Source: a virus (taxonomy: Duplodnaviria > Caudoviricetes). From it: a DNA stretch of 64,000 bases. Of the stretch, positions 40,407-50,923 are shown piece after piece (position 1 is the first letter of the stretch; every line of letters starts with the position of its first letter). Both the position numbers and the translations under genes were made by a program. The stretch lies in the IMG/VR virus record IMGVR_UViG_3300028129_000010, positions 1 to 64,000 of that record. The stretch is one strand, 5' to 3'. The notes under the pieces were generated by a model that worked only from the letters and a program-made list of their open reading frames with translations, was not told the DNA's origin and searched no databases.

Positions 40407-41510
40407 TTAAGCACTTGTGTCAGCCTTTTCTTCAACAACTTCTCTTTCAATTGTGAAATCAGCTGCTTCTGAATTAAGCCTAGAAAGGATATAATCCTTA
40501 TGCTCTTTTTTGTAAGTATCAATTTTTCCTGGGTTCCAATATCCATGTGGTGTTGATGCTAATTTACCATGTTCTTCTACACCGTTAACTTGATTCTTTT
40601 CACATCTAACTTTAGTTTCAATACCAAACTGGTATGTCTCACCACCAGATGTAGCTTTCAATTTAACAGTTGAGTGAGTTAAGATACCACCAAAGTGAAC
40701 AATAACTCTTGGTGAATAGAAAAACGCTTCTCCACCCTTGTGTTTGATAACTGTATTTATGTTGTCTAACCAAATCTTTTGAACAACAGCAAAAGTATTA
40801 GTATACTGTTTACCCATTCTTCTAGATGCTGGTAATCTATGGTTTACCAATGATTTAAATGCAGTCTCCATAGAACCAGCATTCCATTGATTATTGCTAG
40901 ATTTAGACATAACTGATTGGAATCCATTAAGTGAACCTACAGAATCCCAAAGGAAACATAAATTTCTATCTAAATCACCAACTTCTTGAGCGTCTAATAA
41001 CTCAGTCATAAGTCTAGCAATGTCTTCAATAATAGGTTCAAATCTAAGTGGTTTAGTTCCAACTTTACCATTAGAGTAATCAACATTTTGGTAACGTTTT
41101 AAAAGGTCATCACCATTTAAGAAAATAAAGTCACCTTCATAATCTATAATCTCACCAGTCTCCTCATCAACAACTTCTTCAAATTGTACCCCGATATTTC
41201 TAGCGTGCTCCCAAGACCAGTTACCTTCAGTTTCCATAATAACTGGTAAATCACCAATCTTTTGTGCTCCAGCAACAGCTTCGTAAATAGCTGTAGATTT
41301 ACCTGTATTAGAATATCCTCTAAATGATGTAAAATATCCTCTAGCTAAACCTGGAATCTTAAGTGCTTCATGAAATGATTCTGATAACGGAATCCAAGTA
41401 AGGTCTTTCTCTTTAACAGTAATGTCCATTCCATTTGTCTTTTTAAAACTAGATAAATCAAAATTCTTTTTTTCAATACTTTTTTTAGGTGCTTTTTTAG
41501 CCATAATCAT
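40407..41510 (-). CDS. uvsX: UvsX/RecA-like recombinase
   Basis: Walker A GYSNTGKST, WDSVGS, GGEAFFY; no intein. Confidence 0.88.
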   Translation of the reverse strand: MIMAKKAPKKSIEKKNFDLSSFKKTNGMDITVKEKDLTWIPLSESFHEALKIPGLARGYFTSFRGYSNTGKSTAIYEAVAGAQKIGDLPVIMETEGNWSWEHARNIGVQFEEVVDEETGEIIDYEGDFIFLNGDDLLKRYQNVDYSNGKVGTKPLRFEPIIEDIARLMTELLDAQEVGDLDRNLCFLWDSVGSLNGFQSVMSKSSNNQWNAGSMETAFKSLVNHRLPASRRMGKQYTNTFAVVQKIWLDNINTVIKHKGGEAFFYSPRVIVHFGGILTHSTVKLKATSGGETYQFGIETKVRCEKNQVNGVEEHGKLASTPHGYWNPGKIDTYKKEHKDYILSRLNSEAADFTIEREVVEEKADTSA

Positions 41511-41529
41511 ATTAATTAAATTCTTAGTT

Positions 41530-41556
41530 AAAAAAGGTGACCCAAAAGAGTCACCC
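41530..41556 (-). terminator. Rho-independent terminator after SSB gene
   Basis: GGTGACTC-TTTT-GGGTCACC followed by T6. Confidence 0.8.
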
Positions 41557-41574
41557 AGTTATAGTTTATAACCA

Positions 41575-42525
41575 TTAAAATGGTAAATCATCATCTTCTC
41601 CAGAATCATATGAAGAAGTAGTATTAGATTCAACAACGGCTGTTGCAACGCTAGGCGCTTCAGTTGTTGTTGTATTTTCTACAGTTGTATTTCTTGTATT
41701 TGTTGTATTAACATCATTACCCATAGTTAATTCAGAGTCTAAATCATCAATCTCATTCTGATTAACTTCAGCGTTTTGTTTTTCTTTAGATACAAACTTT
41801 TCCTTTTCTTTACTCCATACTGGAGTTTCACCACCAACAACGATTGCTAGATAATCATAGTTCCTAGTGCTATAAACATCTCTCCAAGTTCTTTTATCTG
41901 AAACCAAAGAATTTTTAGTGGTCTCATCTGAACTTAGTGGTACTGACTCAATAGGGTAAGTAATTGATTGTACAACTGGTCTATTGTTCTGGTCTCTTGC
42001 GATGTTAATTAATAAATCTCTACCAGTTTCGGTGTCTGTAATATCATGTTGTACAGCCTTAATAGCTCCCATGATTTTATCCATAGTACCAGTTTTTCTG
42101 TAATCGTGGTTAAATCTCCAAAACTTAACACCTTCAGATTCTTTGTCTCTGTCAATTACCTTAACTACATACATCATTCTAGGCGAATACTTCTTAGCTA
42201 ATTCTTTATCACTTTCTTTTCCTGTAGAAAGTAATGCTTGTCTAGCCTCACAAAATGGACATGCTTCACCTTCTTCATGTTTAAGACAAGGAAATGTTTT
42301 CCACTCACCTTCAACTTGTGCTTTGTGACCCCATAATACCGTGAAAGATGTTTCTTGACCTTCTTCTGGTGGGAGAATTCTAATTCTCTTAGTTTCTTGG
42401 TTTACACCCTTAGGTAAATAAGTACTGAAATAATTTTTCAAATCGTACTTTTTTGCAGTTGTTCTAGCCCCACCATTGTGAGAATTCTCATACTGCTTCA
42501 TCATTGCTTCAAAAACGTTACTCAT
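41575..42525 (-). CDS. Single-stranded DNA-binding protein (T4 gp32-like)
   Basis: RIRILP, C..H..CPFC, GVKFWRF, D.ETGRDL, acidic C-tail ending DDDLPF. Confidence 0.88.
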   Translation of the reverse strand: MSNVFEAMMKQYENSHNGGARTTAKKYDLKNYFSTYLPKGVNQETKRIRILPPEEGQETSFTVLWGHKAQVEGEWKTFPCLKHEEGEACPFCEARQALLSTGKESDKELAKKYSPRMMYVVKVIDRDKESEGVKFWRFNHDYRKTGTMDKIMGAIKAVQHDITDTETGRDLLINIARDQNNRPVVQSITYPIESVPLSSDETTKNSLVSDKRTWRDVYSTRNYDYLAIVVGGETPVWSKEKEKFVSKEKQNAEVNQNEIDDLDSELTMGNDVNTTNTRNTTVENTTTTEAPSVATAVVESNTTSSYDSGEDDDLPF

Positions 42526-42677
42526 AATAATTTAATTTTAATTTTTGTTTTGTTATTTAATAATTTTTTTCGTAATAAAGCGTAATATTTATAATTTGTA
42601 ATATTCGTATTAGTAATAGTTTTCGTAATATTCTTATTAATAATATTTTTGCATTATCATGAACATTTTTGTTATCC

Positions 42678-42771
42678 CAAATATACTATAATTTTTTTAA
42701 AAGTAAAGTAGTTTTAAGATATTTTTTTATTCTTATTTACAAAGTTAACATATACTTTAACTTAATGCAAC
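42678..42771 (-). promoter_or_regulatory. Tandem Bacteroidota-type promoters upstream of gp32
   Basis: TATATTTG at 42685-42678; GTTG-N20-TAACTTTG at 42771-42740. Confidence 0.6.
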
Positions 42772-42780
42772 TATTATATA

Positions 42781-42815
42781 AAAAAAAATGGGAATTATTA
42801 AATAACCCCCATTTT
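42781..42815 (-). terminator. Rho-independent terminator
   Basis: AAAATGGGGGTTAT-TTA-ATAATTCCCATTTT followed by T run. Confidence 0.75.
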
Positions 42816-42840
42816 ATTATAGTTTTATAATTATATTTAA

Positions 42841-43587
42841 TTATATCTCATCTTCAATATAATCATTATCATCTAATGATGTTTTCATATCAACTTCACT
42901 GTAATCAGAATCAACATCATCTTTAGTTAATAAATATTCTTTTGGTTCTTCTTCACCTTCTTTATCCATAATATCATACTTACCTTCTTGACTACCCCAG
43001 AAATCAGTTAATTTTAAATTATATGGATAAGAGTCAAGTGAACGCATTTCAATCTTCTCTTCTGGAGTTGGTGCTCTTTTTTCTAATTCACCTTCTAATG
43101 ATTCAATCTTATCTGAAATTGCTTCCATTGACTGTAATTGCCCTTCAAGGTTTCCAACCATACTCATTAGTTGGTCAATCTTTTCATTTGCAGCATCCGC
43201 TGATACTTTAGCTTCTTCTGAACCCTTAACTAATTCTGTTACGTCTAATTCAACTTCGTCACCAGATGGTTCTTCCATGTCTAATTCAACTTCGTCACCA
43301 GATGGTTCTTCCATGTCTAATTCAACTTCGTCACCAGATGGTTCTTCCATGTCTAATTCATCTTCAGGTGCTTCTTCATCACCAAACCCTAAATCTGCTT
43401 CAGGTGCTTCTTCATCAGATGGTTCTTCCATGTCTAATTCATCTTCAGGTGCTTCTTCATCTTCTTCATTCATACCTAGAATTAGATTTTCATCTTCTTC
43501 TTTATCTTCGTAGAATGAATATTCAGATATTAATTTAAATTTCTTAATTTCTTCATTAAGTAATTCTTTGTTTATTTTTTTTCTCAT
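42841..43587 (-). CDS. Highly acidic protein with tandem repeats and coiled coil (possible head scaffold/internal protein)
   Basis: DEVELDMEEPSG repeats; leader MRKKINKELLNEE. Confidence 0.65.
   Translation of the reverse strand: MRKKINKELLNEEIKKFKLISEYSFYEDKEEDENLILGMNEEDEEAPEDELDMEEPSDEEAPEADLGFGDEEAPEDELDMEEPSGDEVELDMEEPSGDEVELDMEEPSGDEVELDVTELVKGSEEAKVSADAANEKIDQLMSMVGNLEGQLQSMEAISDKIESLEGELEKRAPTPEEKIEMRSLDSYPYNLKLTDFWGSQEGKYDIMDKEGEEEPKEYLLTKDDVDSDYSEVDMKTSLDDNDYIEDEI
43243..43460. repeat. Coding tandem repeat: three perfect 36-bp units plus degenerate copies
   Basis: gtctaattcaacttcgtcaccagatggttcttccat x3 (43243-43350). Confidence 0.9.
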
Positions 43588-43606
43588 CTTTAAAAACTAT
43601 TTTTAA

Positions 43607-43792
43607 TTAGAAAAGAAGTTGTCTACCATCTTCTGTAATTATTTTTTTATTAATTCTTTCTACAAGGCTCTTATCATCTTTAATTACACATGTACCAGAA
43701 CTACAATCCATTTCTTGATTTTCTAATTGTTTTTGTTTTTCCTCGTCAGTTAGAAAATTATCTAATCCTTTTTTTAAATTTTTATCATTCAT
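43607..43792 (-). CDS. Small hypothetical protein
   Basis: 61 aa, TATTTAT motif at 43823-43829; ends KIITEDGRQLLF. Confidence 0.6.
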   Translation of the reverse strand: MNDKNLKKGLDNFLTDEEKQKQLENQEMDCSSGTCVIKDDKSLVERINKKIITEDGRQLLF

Positions 43793-43839
43793 ATCTAATA
43801 AATTTAATATATAGTTATACTAATAAATATATGAGAATA

Positions 43840-44241
43840 TTAAAAAATCCTCTTTATAGGGGATATGTTCAATGTATCATTACTATATAATAATACTTTA
43901 CCTTGATAGTCATCCCAATTGATTTTAACTGATTTATAATCTATATTACCCAAATAACCACCACTTTGTATTTCAATCAGCTTATTTAATGCGTTAATGG
44001 TATAGATACAATCACCTTTCTTATGGATTGGTATTGCGCTTGGGAATAAATTTTTAAGGTTTAATTTTCTACCTTCTCTTATAACAAATTTAAATGTTAC
44101 AATTAATTTTGATTCGTCATCTTCGTTTTTATATACAAAAACTCTATCTCTTGGTATTGAGAATCTATTTTCTAAGTAGTCTAAAAACCATTCAAGTCTT
44201 TCTGGAAATATAAAAGATGCTAATAATATTGTCTTATCCAT
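43840..44241 (-). CDS. Hypothetical protein
   Basis: 133-aa ORF overlapping upstream gene. Confidence 0.6.
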   Translation of the reverse strand: MDKTILLASFIFPERLEWFLDYLENRFSIPRDRVFVYKNEDDESKLIVTFKFVIREGRKLNLKNLFPSAIPIHKKGDCIYTINALNKLIEIQSGGYLGNIDYKSVKINWDDYQGKVLLYSNDTLNISPIKRIF

Positions 44242-44830
44242 GTTTTCTTATCGAATATAAAACTGGGATAAACTTGAGTTCATCGTCAAGCATCCCTATG
44301 TTATTCTTATATTCTATAAGTATCTCGTTATTGGATAAAAAATCAATTGATGCAGTTTTAATCTTATCAATGAATTTATCAACATCACCGTTAATGAATT
44401 TTATTTGTCTTAAATCAAAACCAAATATATATTTATCTGAATATATATAGAGCATCTTATCTGTAAGAAATGATATATTTTTATCGAAGCTTTTTATTTT
44501 ATCAAAAATCTTTTTGATTTTTCTTTCATTAAAAAGTATTACATCAACAAAGATGTATTCTATTGTATTCGTTAAATGTTTATATGAATTTTCTATGAAG
44601 TAGAATAGGTCTTCTTCGAATAACCCTCTCTTTTCTTTCTTTGAGAACGTCCAGTAATTTAAATCATTTATTTTTCTATCAATATAATTTAAATCACCAT
44701 ATGATTGTGTGGCATTATCTATGCCAATAACCAACGTTGGGATTCCTTCAATAATCTTATCAAAAGAATCCACAACATTAAAGTTTTCATCTACCTTAAT
44801 ATTATCTATTGTTACAATATTACCAATCAT
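44234..44830 (-). CDS. Hypothetical protein
   Basis: 198-aa ORF with its own host-type promoter. Confidence 0.6.
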   Translation of the reverse strand: MIGNIVTIDNIKVDENFNVVDSFDKIIEGIPTLVIGIDNATQSYGDLNYIDRKINDLNYWTFSKKEKRGLFEEDLFYFIENSYKHLTNTIEYIFVDVILFNERKIKKIFDKIKSFDKNISFLTDKMLYIYSDKYIFGFDLRQIKFINGDVDKFIDKIKTASIDFLSNNEILIEYKNNIGMLDDELKFIPVLYSIRKHG

Positions 44831-44835
44831 TAAGG

Positions 44836-44867
44836 CAAATATAATAAAAAATAACTAAAAATACAAA
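44836..44867 (-). promoter_or_regulatory. Bacteroidota-type sigma70 promoter
   Basis: TTTG-N20-TATATTTG; ATG follows after 5 nt. Confidence 0.7.
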
Positions 44868-45617
44868 TTATTTGTTGCTACCATTACCTCCACCTCCAGA
44901 TTTTAAATCTGATGTGAAACTTAAGTCAGAAACTTCATTACTTAAATCCCTTTCTGAATATCCATATCTTGTACCGTTTTCACTTTTACCTGGTCCTTTA
45001 CAACCACCACTTGATTGTTTACAACCACCACCACTTCTTTCTTTTATACATCTACAATCGTCTAGCTTTTCTGGGAATGGTGCATAACCAGTTTTCCAAA
45101 GTTCAAAACCAGCACTCTTAATTTTTGGTCTTCTAATAAATTCATCAAATGGGAATGTGTATGGGTCTATTTTTCTACCAGGTGAAATCCAATGATGCCC
45201 AGTAATATATTTTAAATTAGGTATTGATTCTTTTAAATCTAAAATTAAGTTAGCACAAGCCGTTATCTGTTGATTATTAAATTTATTATTACCTTCAGTA
45301 CCTAACATACTAAATGATATACCAATACTATAAGAATTAACAAATCTACCTTTAGGTCCGTATGAATTACCAGCATGACTAAGTTTTCTAGTAGCTGGGG
45401 CACCCTGATATATCTTACCTTGTTTATCTATTAAAAAATGATAACCATAACCCTTACTTTTAAGTGTTGTAACATCACTAGTAATACTAGCACCAGCAGT
45501 CCAATGTAATACAATAGTGTTAATATCATCTATATCCATACTTTTTTTATTTAAAAAATATGGTTGTATTAATTTAAAATCTTCATTTTTAACATTCTCA
45601 AATGGTTGTATTGCCAT
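44868..45617 (-). CDS. N-acetylmuramoyl-L-alanine amidase (Amidase_2)
   Basis: IVLHWTA, GYHFLIDKQGKIYQ, HAG..N..SIGI, ITGHHWISPGRKIDP. Confidence 0.9.
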   Translation of the reverse strand: MAIQPFENVKNEDFKLIQPYFLNKKSMDIDDINTIVLHWTAGASITSDVTTLKSKGYGYHFLIDKQGKIYQGAPATRKLSHAGNSYGPKGRFVNSYSIGISFSMLGTEGNNKFNNQQITACANLILDLKESIPNLKYITGHHWISPGRKIDPYTFPFDEFIRRPKIKSAGFELWKTGYAPFPEKLDDCRCIKERSGGGCKQSSGGCKGPGKSENGTRYGYSERDLSNEVSDLSFTSDLKSGGGGNGSNK

Positions 45618-45631
45618 AACATTATAATTTA

Positions 45632-48600
45632 TTAAATTATTATTCCTCCACTACTTTCTTGTAATGTAAAGTTACTATCATAAACTTTTCCAGTTCTACC
45701 TTTTTTAGTTTCTACTTGATTTAAGTAACCTAAAAGACCACTAAATAATTCACTCTTAGTTATTAATGGTGTTTTTGTTCTTTTAACTCTAACACCCTTA
45801 AAATTAGTTTGCATATTGTGTGGTGTTATACTGTGAGTCACTTTAAATATATTATATGTACCTCTAAACATAGGCACATTTGATAATTGAAAGTACATGA
45901 ATGGTTGAATCATAGCATTACCCATCATATCAACTTCACATGTGTATGCTCTATTTTGATATACATTCCATAAATTCTGACCATTATATGATGGTTTTGT
46001 TTTATCCCCTAATTTAGTTAAATTTTCAACAGTATTTAAACTTTCAAGTGTTGCTGTAAATTCGCTTTGGTCTAATTTAAGATTTTTGAAATATGACTGA
46101 TTTTGTTTAGCGTAACTAACTAAGAAATAAGGTATATTCGTATTATTATCATTTTTCTCTGTTAGAAAATCATTTGGTAATTTTGTAGTTGAATATCCGT
46201 TATTATCATAATCAATAATAAATGAATCGTCTGGGTGTGATGAATCTTCACCCATATCTAAGTGATTAGATATTTGACCAGAATACATACAAACAAATGA
46301 AGGTCCTTGAGATATTGATTTAGCCTTACTATATGGGTATGGTTTAAAAACATCTATAACATCATTAATATCACTATAATTTATAAAATTAGGTAGAGGT
46401 ATAAAGTTAAAGTTATTATCCCTTAATATTGTATCTAGTAAATTAAAGACTGATTTATTTGGTTTACCTAAAATTAATTCTTTAACCATATATGGGTTTA
46501 TATAAAATTTATCACCAATATCATTATATGACCTGTCAATAAATCTAAATGTATTAAATAAACCTTCTTTTTTAATATTACTACTGCATGATGCTACTGG
46601 TAGGTTAGAGTCATTACCAGCAATCCATTTATTATATACTGAAGATAATTCCCTATATATTGTTAGTTTTATTAAATCATCATCAATAGTATTAAATATT
46701 TGTTGTTCTATTTTATCTTGTTCTTTTTCTAATACTTTATCATAATCTTTAGCTAATGTTTTAAATCTAGATAAGAATCCGTTTAGATATACATCAAATT
46801 GGTCTTTATTAACCCATAGTTTTGAATATCTTTTTTTTGTACTAATATAATTATTATACCTAAATATTTCTGGTTTACCATTTAAAATCCAGACATATTC
46901 AGCTATTAAATTTTTAATTAAATCAGCACCTTTTGTTCCATTTCTATTTACTAGTGTAAATTGATAAGCATTAAGTTGGTCCCATGTACCCCATCCTGGA
47001 TAATTAGCACTACTAATAAAATCCGCTTGTGCAGTAATATTAACATAGTTTTTAATACCATCACCTTGTGTATAAACCTTATCATCAAAAATATTTCTTA
47101 AATCTGATACCTTAACTTTTTTAGTGTAATCTGTAACAAGAGCATTTGTTGGTTTATGTTGAATAATTTTTAAATCATTATATAGTTTTTCCCATTCACT
47201 AAATTCCCAGTCCTCTGGTTTTTCAGTATATAATAATTCATATTGTCTTCTAACTTCAACAAACGCACCTTTAGAGAAATCTTGAAAAACTTTTTTAAAT
47301 TTATCTTTAACTTCTTTTGGTAGATTTATAATAGTTTTGTCAATATCTGGATATTTGTCAGCTCCAATATTAAAATTCATACCAGATATTCTTTCTTCAC
47401 TGGTTTCATATAGGTACTCATAGTACTTTGGTAATACTGTGTCTTCATCTTGCCATGGTAAAAAATATTTTTCTGAGGTGTTACCAGTAAACCTTAATAT
47501 ATCATTACCTTTTGAACCTTCTTCATATCTATAAATTATACCACCTATAAATGCACACCATAATTTAGGTGCTTTTATGAATGACCCATAGTTTGAAAAC
47601 AATCCCTTTAGTGTTGGTGAGTCGTCTTCTTCATAAAAAGATTCATCTTTATTTATTTCATTATATCTATCAAATAAACTAACATCTATAGTATCATATG
47701 CATTAGCACTTAAATCACCAATATCACCTATAAGTCCTTGCCATCCAAAACTATGTAAGAATAAGAAGGCTCTAGCTTCATTAGTCTCTTGTTCATAATA
47801 AAATCTAGACCCAAATAAACTAAAATAACGTAAACCGTTTTGATTGGTTAAGTCATCTTGTATTCCAAACTCTATAAAAGGAACATATGTTTTATCTCTA
47901 TTTTCAACACTATAATTTTTATGTTCTTCAGTTAAATAACCTAACAACTCTCTTTGTTTTACGTAATTATTTGGTTGTAAATCTTCGTTATTATTAGTAT
48001 TGTAATTCCTAGAAGTTACAAGGTTAAAGTTTATACCATCATATTCTGAATTTAAATTATCATAATCATATTGATAACGTTTTTTTAATTTATCATAACC
48101 ATCACATAAGTATGTACCAAAATTATCAGCAAAAGACCCAACTCTTTGAGACCAATAAGCACATAATACTGATGATACATTAGATGGTACATCTCTTTTT
48201 GGGAAATGTTTTGCATCTAATTTTCTATCTCTATCACCACCACCGCTTGAATCATATTGTATATCTGATATTTCAGTAGTTTTTACTCTACCGTTATAAG
48301 TGAATAAATCTGTACCTTCAGAATATGTATCAAAATCTTCTATAATAGCTGTTGGTTCAGGATATATTTCATTATATGTTGGTTTTCTTAATGTAAATTG
48401 TTTTATATATGCTTCACTATCAACACCAAAAGCATTTAATATAGATTTTTTTTCTTTATCAAAAAATGTTGTAGCAAAGTCTGGTAATGTTCTTTGTTCT
48501 TCATAGTCGTCTTTATCAAGTATTTTAAAATATTCATCACTACCAACACTTGTTGTGATGCTTTTATTTGTAATGCTATTAACATTACTATCAATAAATA

Positions 48601-50923
48601 AATATTCACTCTTTAACGCTGATAATTCACCATCACTTTTTAATTTATCACCATTCTTAAATATTTGACCATTAAAACCACCATTAACTGGTAGTATAGC
48701 CATTTCACCATCACCTATTAAGTATCTGTATTTGTAGTATTCTCCTTTAATACTCGTATTATCATCAATATTTTCGTCAGTAAAAGATACTGTATTCATA
48801 ACGTATTTACCGTTTATATCCTCATTCTTTTTTCCTAGGAAATTAGATATTAAATCTTCTATAGTATTTTTACCTTTTATTGTATCTACAATATCTCGTT
48901 TTTTTTCATCTTCAAAATCAACTATGGCGTTAAATAAATTTTCAGCTTCCATTTCACCCATTATTTCAGCCATTCTGCTACTGAATAAACTATAGTTAGA
49001 AACTCTTAAACCTAAGAATCCCCTTAATAGTAATGTTGTAACAGCTTCTTCCCAAACTGTTCTACTACCAACATCTTCTTTTAATGCTATTGTGTATGGG
49101 TTATTTTTTATTGCTGAATCACCACTTGATAAAGTTGTTAATTGAGTTTCTATTGGTGATATTGGATAAAAATTAGCCGCACTATTTTGACCTTGCGCAT
49201 CTATTTCTTGAATATCTTCTTTAGTTTGTTCTATTAGTATTTTTAATAATTCCTCAACAAATTTAACTTCTTGCATTTGTGGTACCTTTTTACCAATCCA
49301 TGATTCTGTAGAAGTTTGTTGTCCTTCAGAATCTTCTTTAGTTTCGTAATATTCTGGCCATGGATATACTTTATTTTTATCTGTATTATTTTGGTTTATA
49401 TTATTATTCTTATCTTTGGTTAGAATATCCCTTATTTTCTGACTTCTTTCACCATCTTCGTATGCTTCTTTTGAAACCTGACCTAACGTTTTTATAAAAA
49501 CCTCAGAATGTGTTATTATCATTTTGGTTATATTTCTAATTGTTGGTTTAAAATTTAGGTTTTCTTCAGCTTTGGCTGCTAATTCATCAGCTAACGCTTC
49601 AGTTAATTTTTTATTTTGTTCATTTATTTTATCTTCTTTTTCATTTAATAATTTAAATTGATTTCTTAAATCAAAAACATAAAATTCATTTGATTCTGGT
49701 GCGTAGTTTTTAACTTCTTTAGCTAATTCTTCATTTGAGTTTTTGGTTACTGAACCTTCTGCTGTGCTACCATTTAAAGAATTTATTGTTTTAGCCAATT
49801 CGTCTTGAGATTGTTTTGAAGCAGTTTTAGTGATAGGACCAATACCATCATCTTTAAAAGATGTTATGTCAGATGATTTTATCTTTAAATCTTCACTTGA
49901 AACCTTAGTGTTAAACCCATCTTTTTTATCATCTAATAGTTTTATAATACCTTCTTTTTCTTTTTTTATTAAATTTTCTAAAACTTTATTATTATCTTTA
50001 ACTTTCTTTTTTGATGAAAATACAATACCTAATTCAGTGTCAATTATATAGTCTCCAGTCTCACCCTTCATTGATTTCATTAGGTTAGTTAACCTTTCTC
50101 TTAGTCTGTTAATGATATCTATAGTTTCTTTTGATTCATCTAGTTTTTTTACATTAACATCATCATTTTTTATTTTATCAAATTCTTCAGCTAGGTTTTC
50201 AACAGAATCCATGAATTCATCAATACTCATTAATTCTGGGTCTTTATCTGTTTCTTCTTTCCAAAGAACCTTACCCTTTTCAGTTTTAATTACAGCTCTA
50301 ATAATACCTAAAAGCATATCAGTTAATAAAGCATATGTATAACCGATAAATTCTGTATTAATTTCAAAGTTACCAGTTTCACTATTAAAAACACTATTCC
50401 ATTTATATAAGTGTAGACAATAAGTAACTGGTTTACCATAAAACCCCTTAACCTTTAATTCAAATATTGGGTATGGCATATCAAAAAAAGCATTATATTT
50501 ACTATGGTTACCTTGTTGGAATATTGCATTACCTCTGATATCAACAAATTTTATTGTTATTCTTGGGGTATATGCTGTATCAAAATTTATATGAATATTT
50601 TCAATACCAAGAGTTTCTAAGTCTCTATTTTGGTCATTTTTATCAAAGGAAGTTGTTGCATTAGTATAGTTTGTTGTTAAGTTATAAACATCTTTCCCAT
50701 TATCATCAACACCAGTTTTGCTACCACCTATAAATTTAATAGGCTTACTAGCACCTTCCGAGCTATTAGTAACAACACCATTATTAATAACACTTCTATT
50801 TTTTCTAACACTATTTAATTCAACATATATCGATAAATCTTCTGTTGAATATAATCTATTGTCATTTGGGTTTGGTTCAAAAACTAATAACCTATTTTTT
50901 CTTTGTGCTTCTTCTCTAGCCAT
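45632..50923 (-). CDS. Large baseplate hub protein (gp27/gpD-like C-terminus)
   Basis: 1763 aa; ends CEVDMMGNAMIQPFMYFQL..F.GTY.I..VTHSI..MQTNFKGVR; follows the LysM wedge gene. Confidence 0.7.
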   Translation of the reverse strand: MAREEAQRKNRLLVFEPNPNDNRLYSTEDLSIYVELNSVRKNRSVINNGVVTNSSEGASKPIKFIGGSKTGVDDNGKDVYNLTTNYTNATTSFDKNDQNRDLETLGIENIHINFDTAYTPRITIKFVDIRGNAIFQQGNHSKYNAFFDMPYPIFELKVKGFYGKPVTYCLHLYKWNSVFNSETGNFEINTEFIGYTYALLTDMLLGIIRAVIKTEKGKVLWKEETDKDPELMSIDEFMDSVENLAEEFDKIKNDDVNVKKLDESKETIDIINRLRERLTNLMKSMKGETGDYIIDTELGIVFSSKKKVKDNNKVLENLIKKEKEGIIKLLDDKKDGFNTKVSSEDLKIKSSDITSFKDDGIGPITKTASKQSQDELAKTINSLNGSTAEGSVTKNSNEELAKEVKNYAPESNEFYVFDLRNQFKLLNEKEDKINEQNKKLTEALADELAAKAEENLNFKPTIRNITKMIITHSEVFIKTLGQVSKEAYEDGERSQKIRDILTKDKNNNINQNNTDKNKVYPWPEYYETKEDSEGQQTSTESWIGKKVPQMQEVKFVEELLKILIEQTKEDIQEIDAQGQNSAANFYPISPIETQLTTLSSGDSAIKNNPYTIALKEDVGSRTVWEEAVTTLLLRGFLGLRVSNYSLFSSRMAEIMGEMEAENLFNAIVDFEDEKKRDIVDTIKGKNTIEDLISNFLGKKNEDINGKYVMNTVSFTDENIDDNTSIKGEYYKYRYLIGDGEMAILPVNGGFNGQIFKNGDKLKSDGELSALKSEYLFIDSNVNSITNKSITTSVGSDEYFKILDKDDYEEQRTLPDFATTFFDKEKKSILNAFGVDSEAYIKQFTLRKPTYNEIYPEPTAIIEDFDTYSEGTDLFTYNGRVKTTEISDIQYDSSGGGDRDRKLDAKHFPKRDVPSNVSSVLCAYWSQRVGSFADNFGTYLCDGYDKLKKRYQYDYDNLNSEYDGINFNLVTSRNYNTNNNEDLQPNNYVKQRELLGYLTEEHKNYSVENRDKTYVPFIEFGIQDDLTNQNGLRYFSLFGSRFYYEQETNEARAFLFLHSFGWQGLIGDIGDLSANAYDTIDVSLFDRYNEINKDESFYEEDDSPTLKGLFSNYGSFIKAPKLWCAFIGGIIYRYEEGSKGNDILRFTGNTSEKYFLPWQDEDTVLPKYYEYLYETSEERISGMNFNIGADKYPDIDKTIINLPKEVKDKFKKVFQDFSKGAFVEVRRQYELLYTEKPEDWEFSEWEKLYNDLKIIQHKPTNALVTDYTKKVKVSDLRNIFDDKVYTQGDGIKNYVNITAQADFISSANYPGWGTWDQLNAYQFTLVNRNGTKGADLIKNLIAEYVWILNGKPEIFRYNNYISTKKRYSKLWVNKDQFDVYLNGFLSRFKTLAKDYDKVLEKEQDKIEQQIFNTIDDDLIKLTIYRELSSVYNKWIAGNDSNLPVASCSSNIKKEGLFNTFRFIDRSYNDIGDKFYINPYMVKELILGKPNKSVFNLLDTILRDNNFNFIPLPNFINYSDINDVIDVFKPYPYSKAKSISQGPSFVCMYSGQISNHLDMGEDSSHPDDSFIIDYDNNGYSTTKLPNDFLTEKNDNNTNIPYFLVSYAKQNQSYFKNLKLDQSEFTATLESLNTVENLTKLGDKTKPSYNGQNLWNVYQNRAYTCEVDMMGNAMIQPFMYFQLSNVPMFRGTYNIFKVTHSITPHNMQTNFKGVRVKRTKTPLITKSELFSGLLGYLNQVETKKGRTGKVYDSNFTLQESSGGIII

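Noticed and set aside
34112-41510. Inteins or introns in nrdA, nrdB, dnaB and uvsX (common hosts)
   Set aside because: All are normal length with uninterrupted motifs and no C...HN-[CST] signature.
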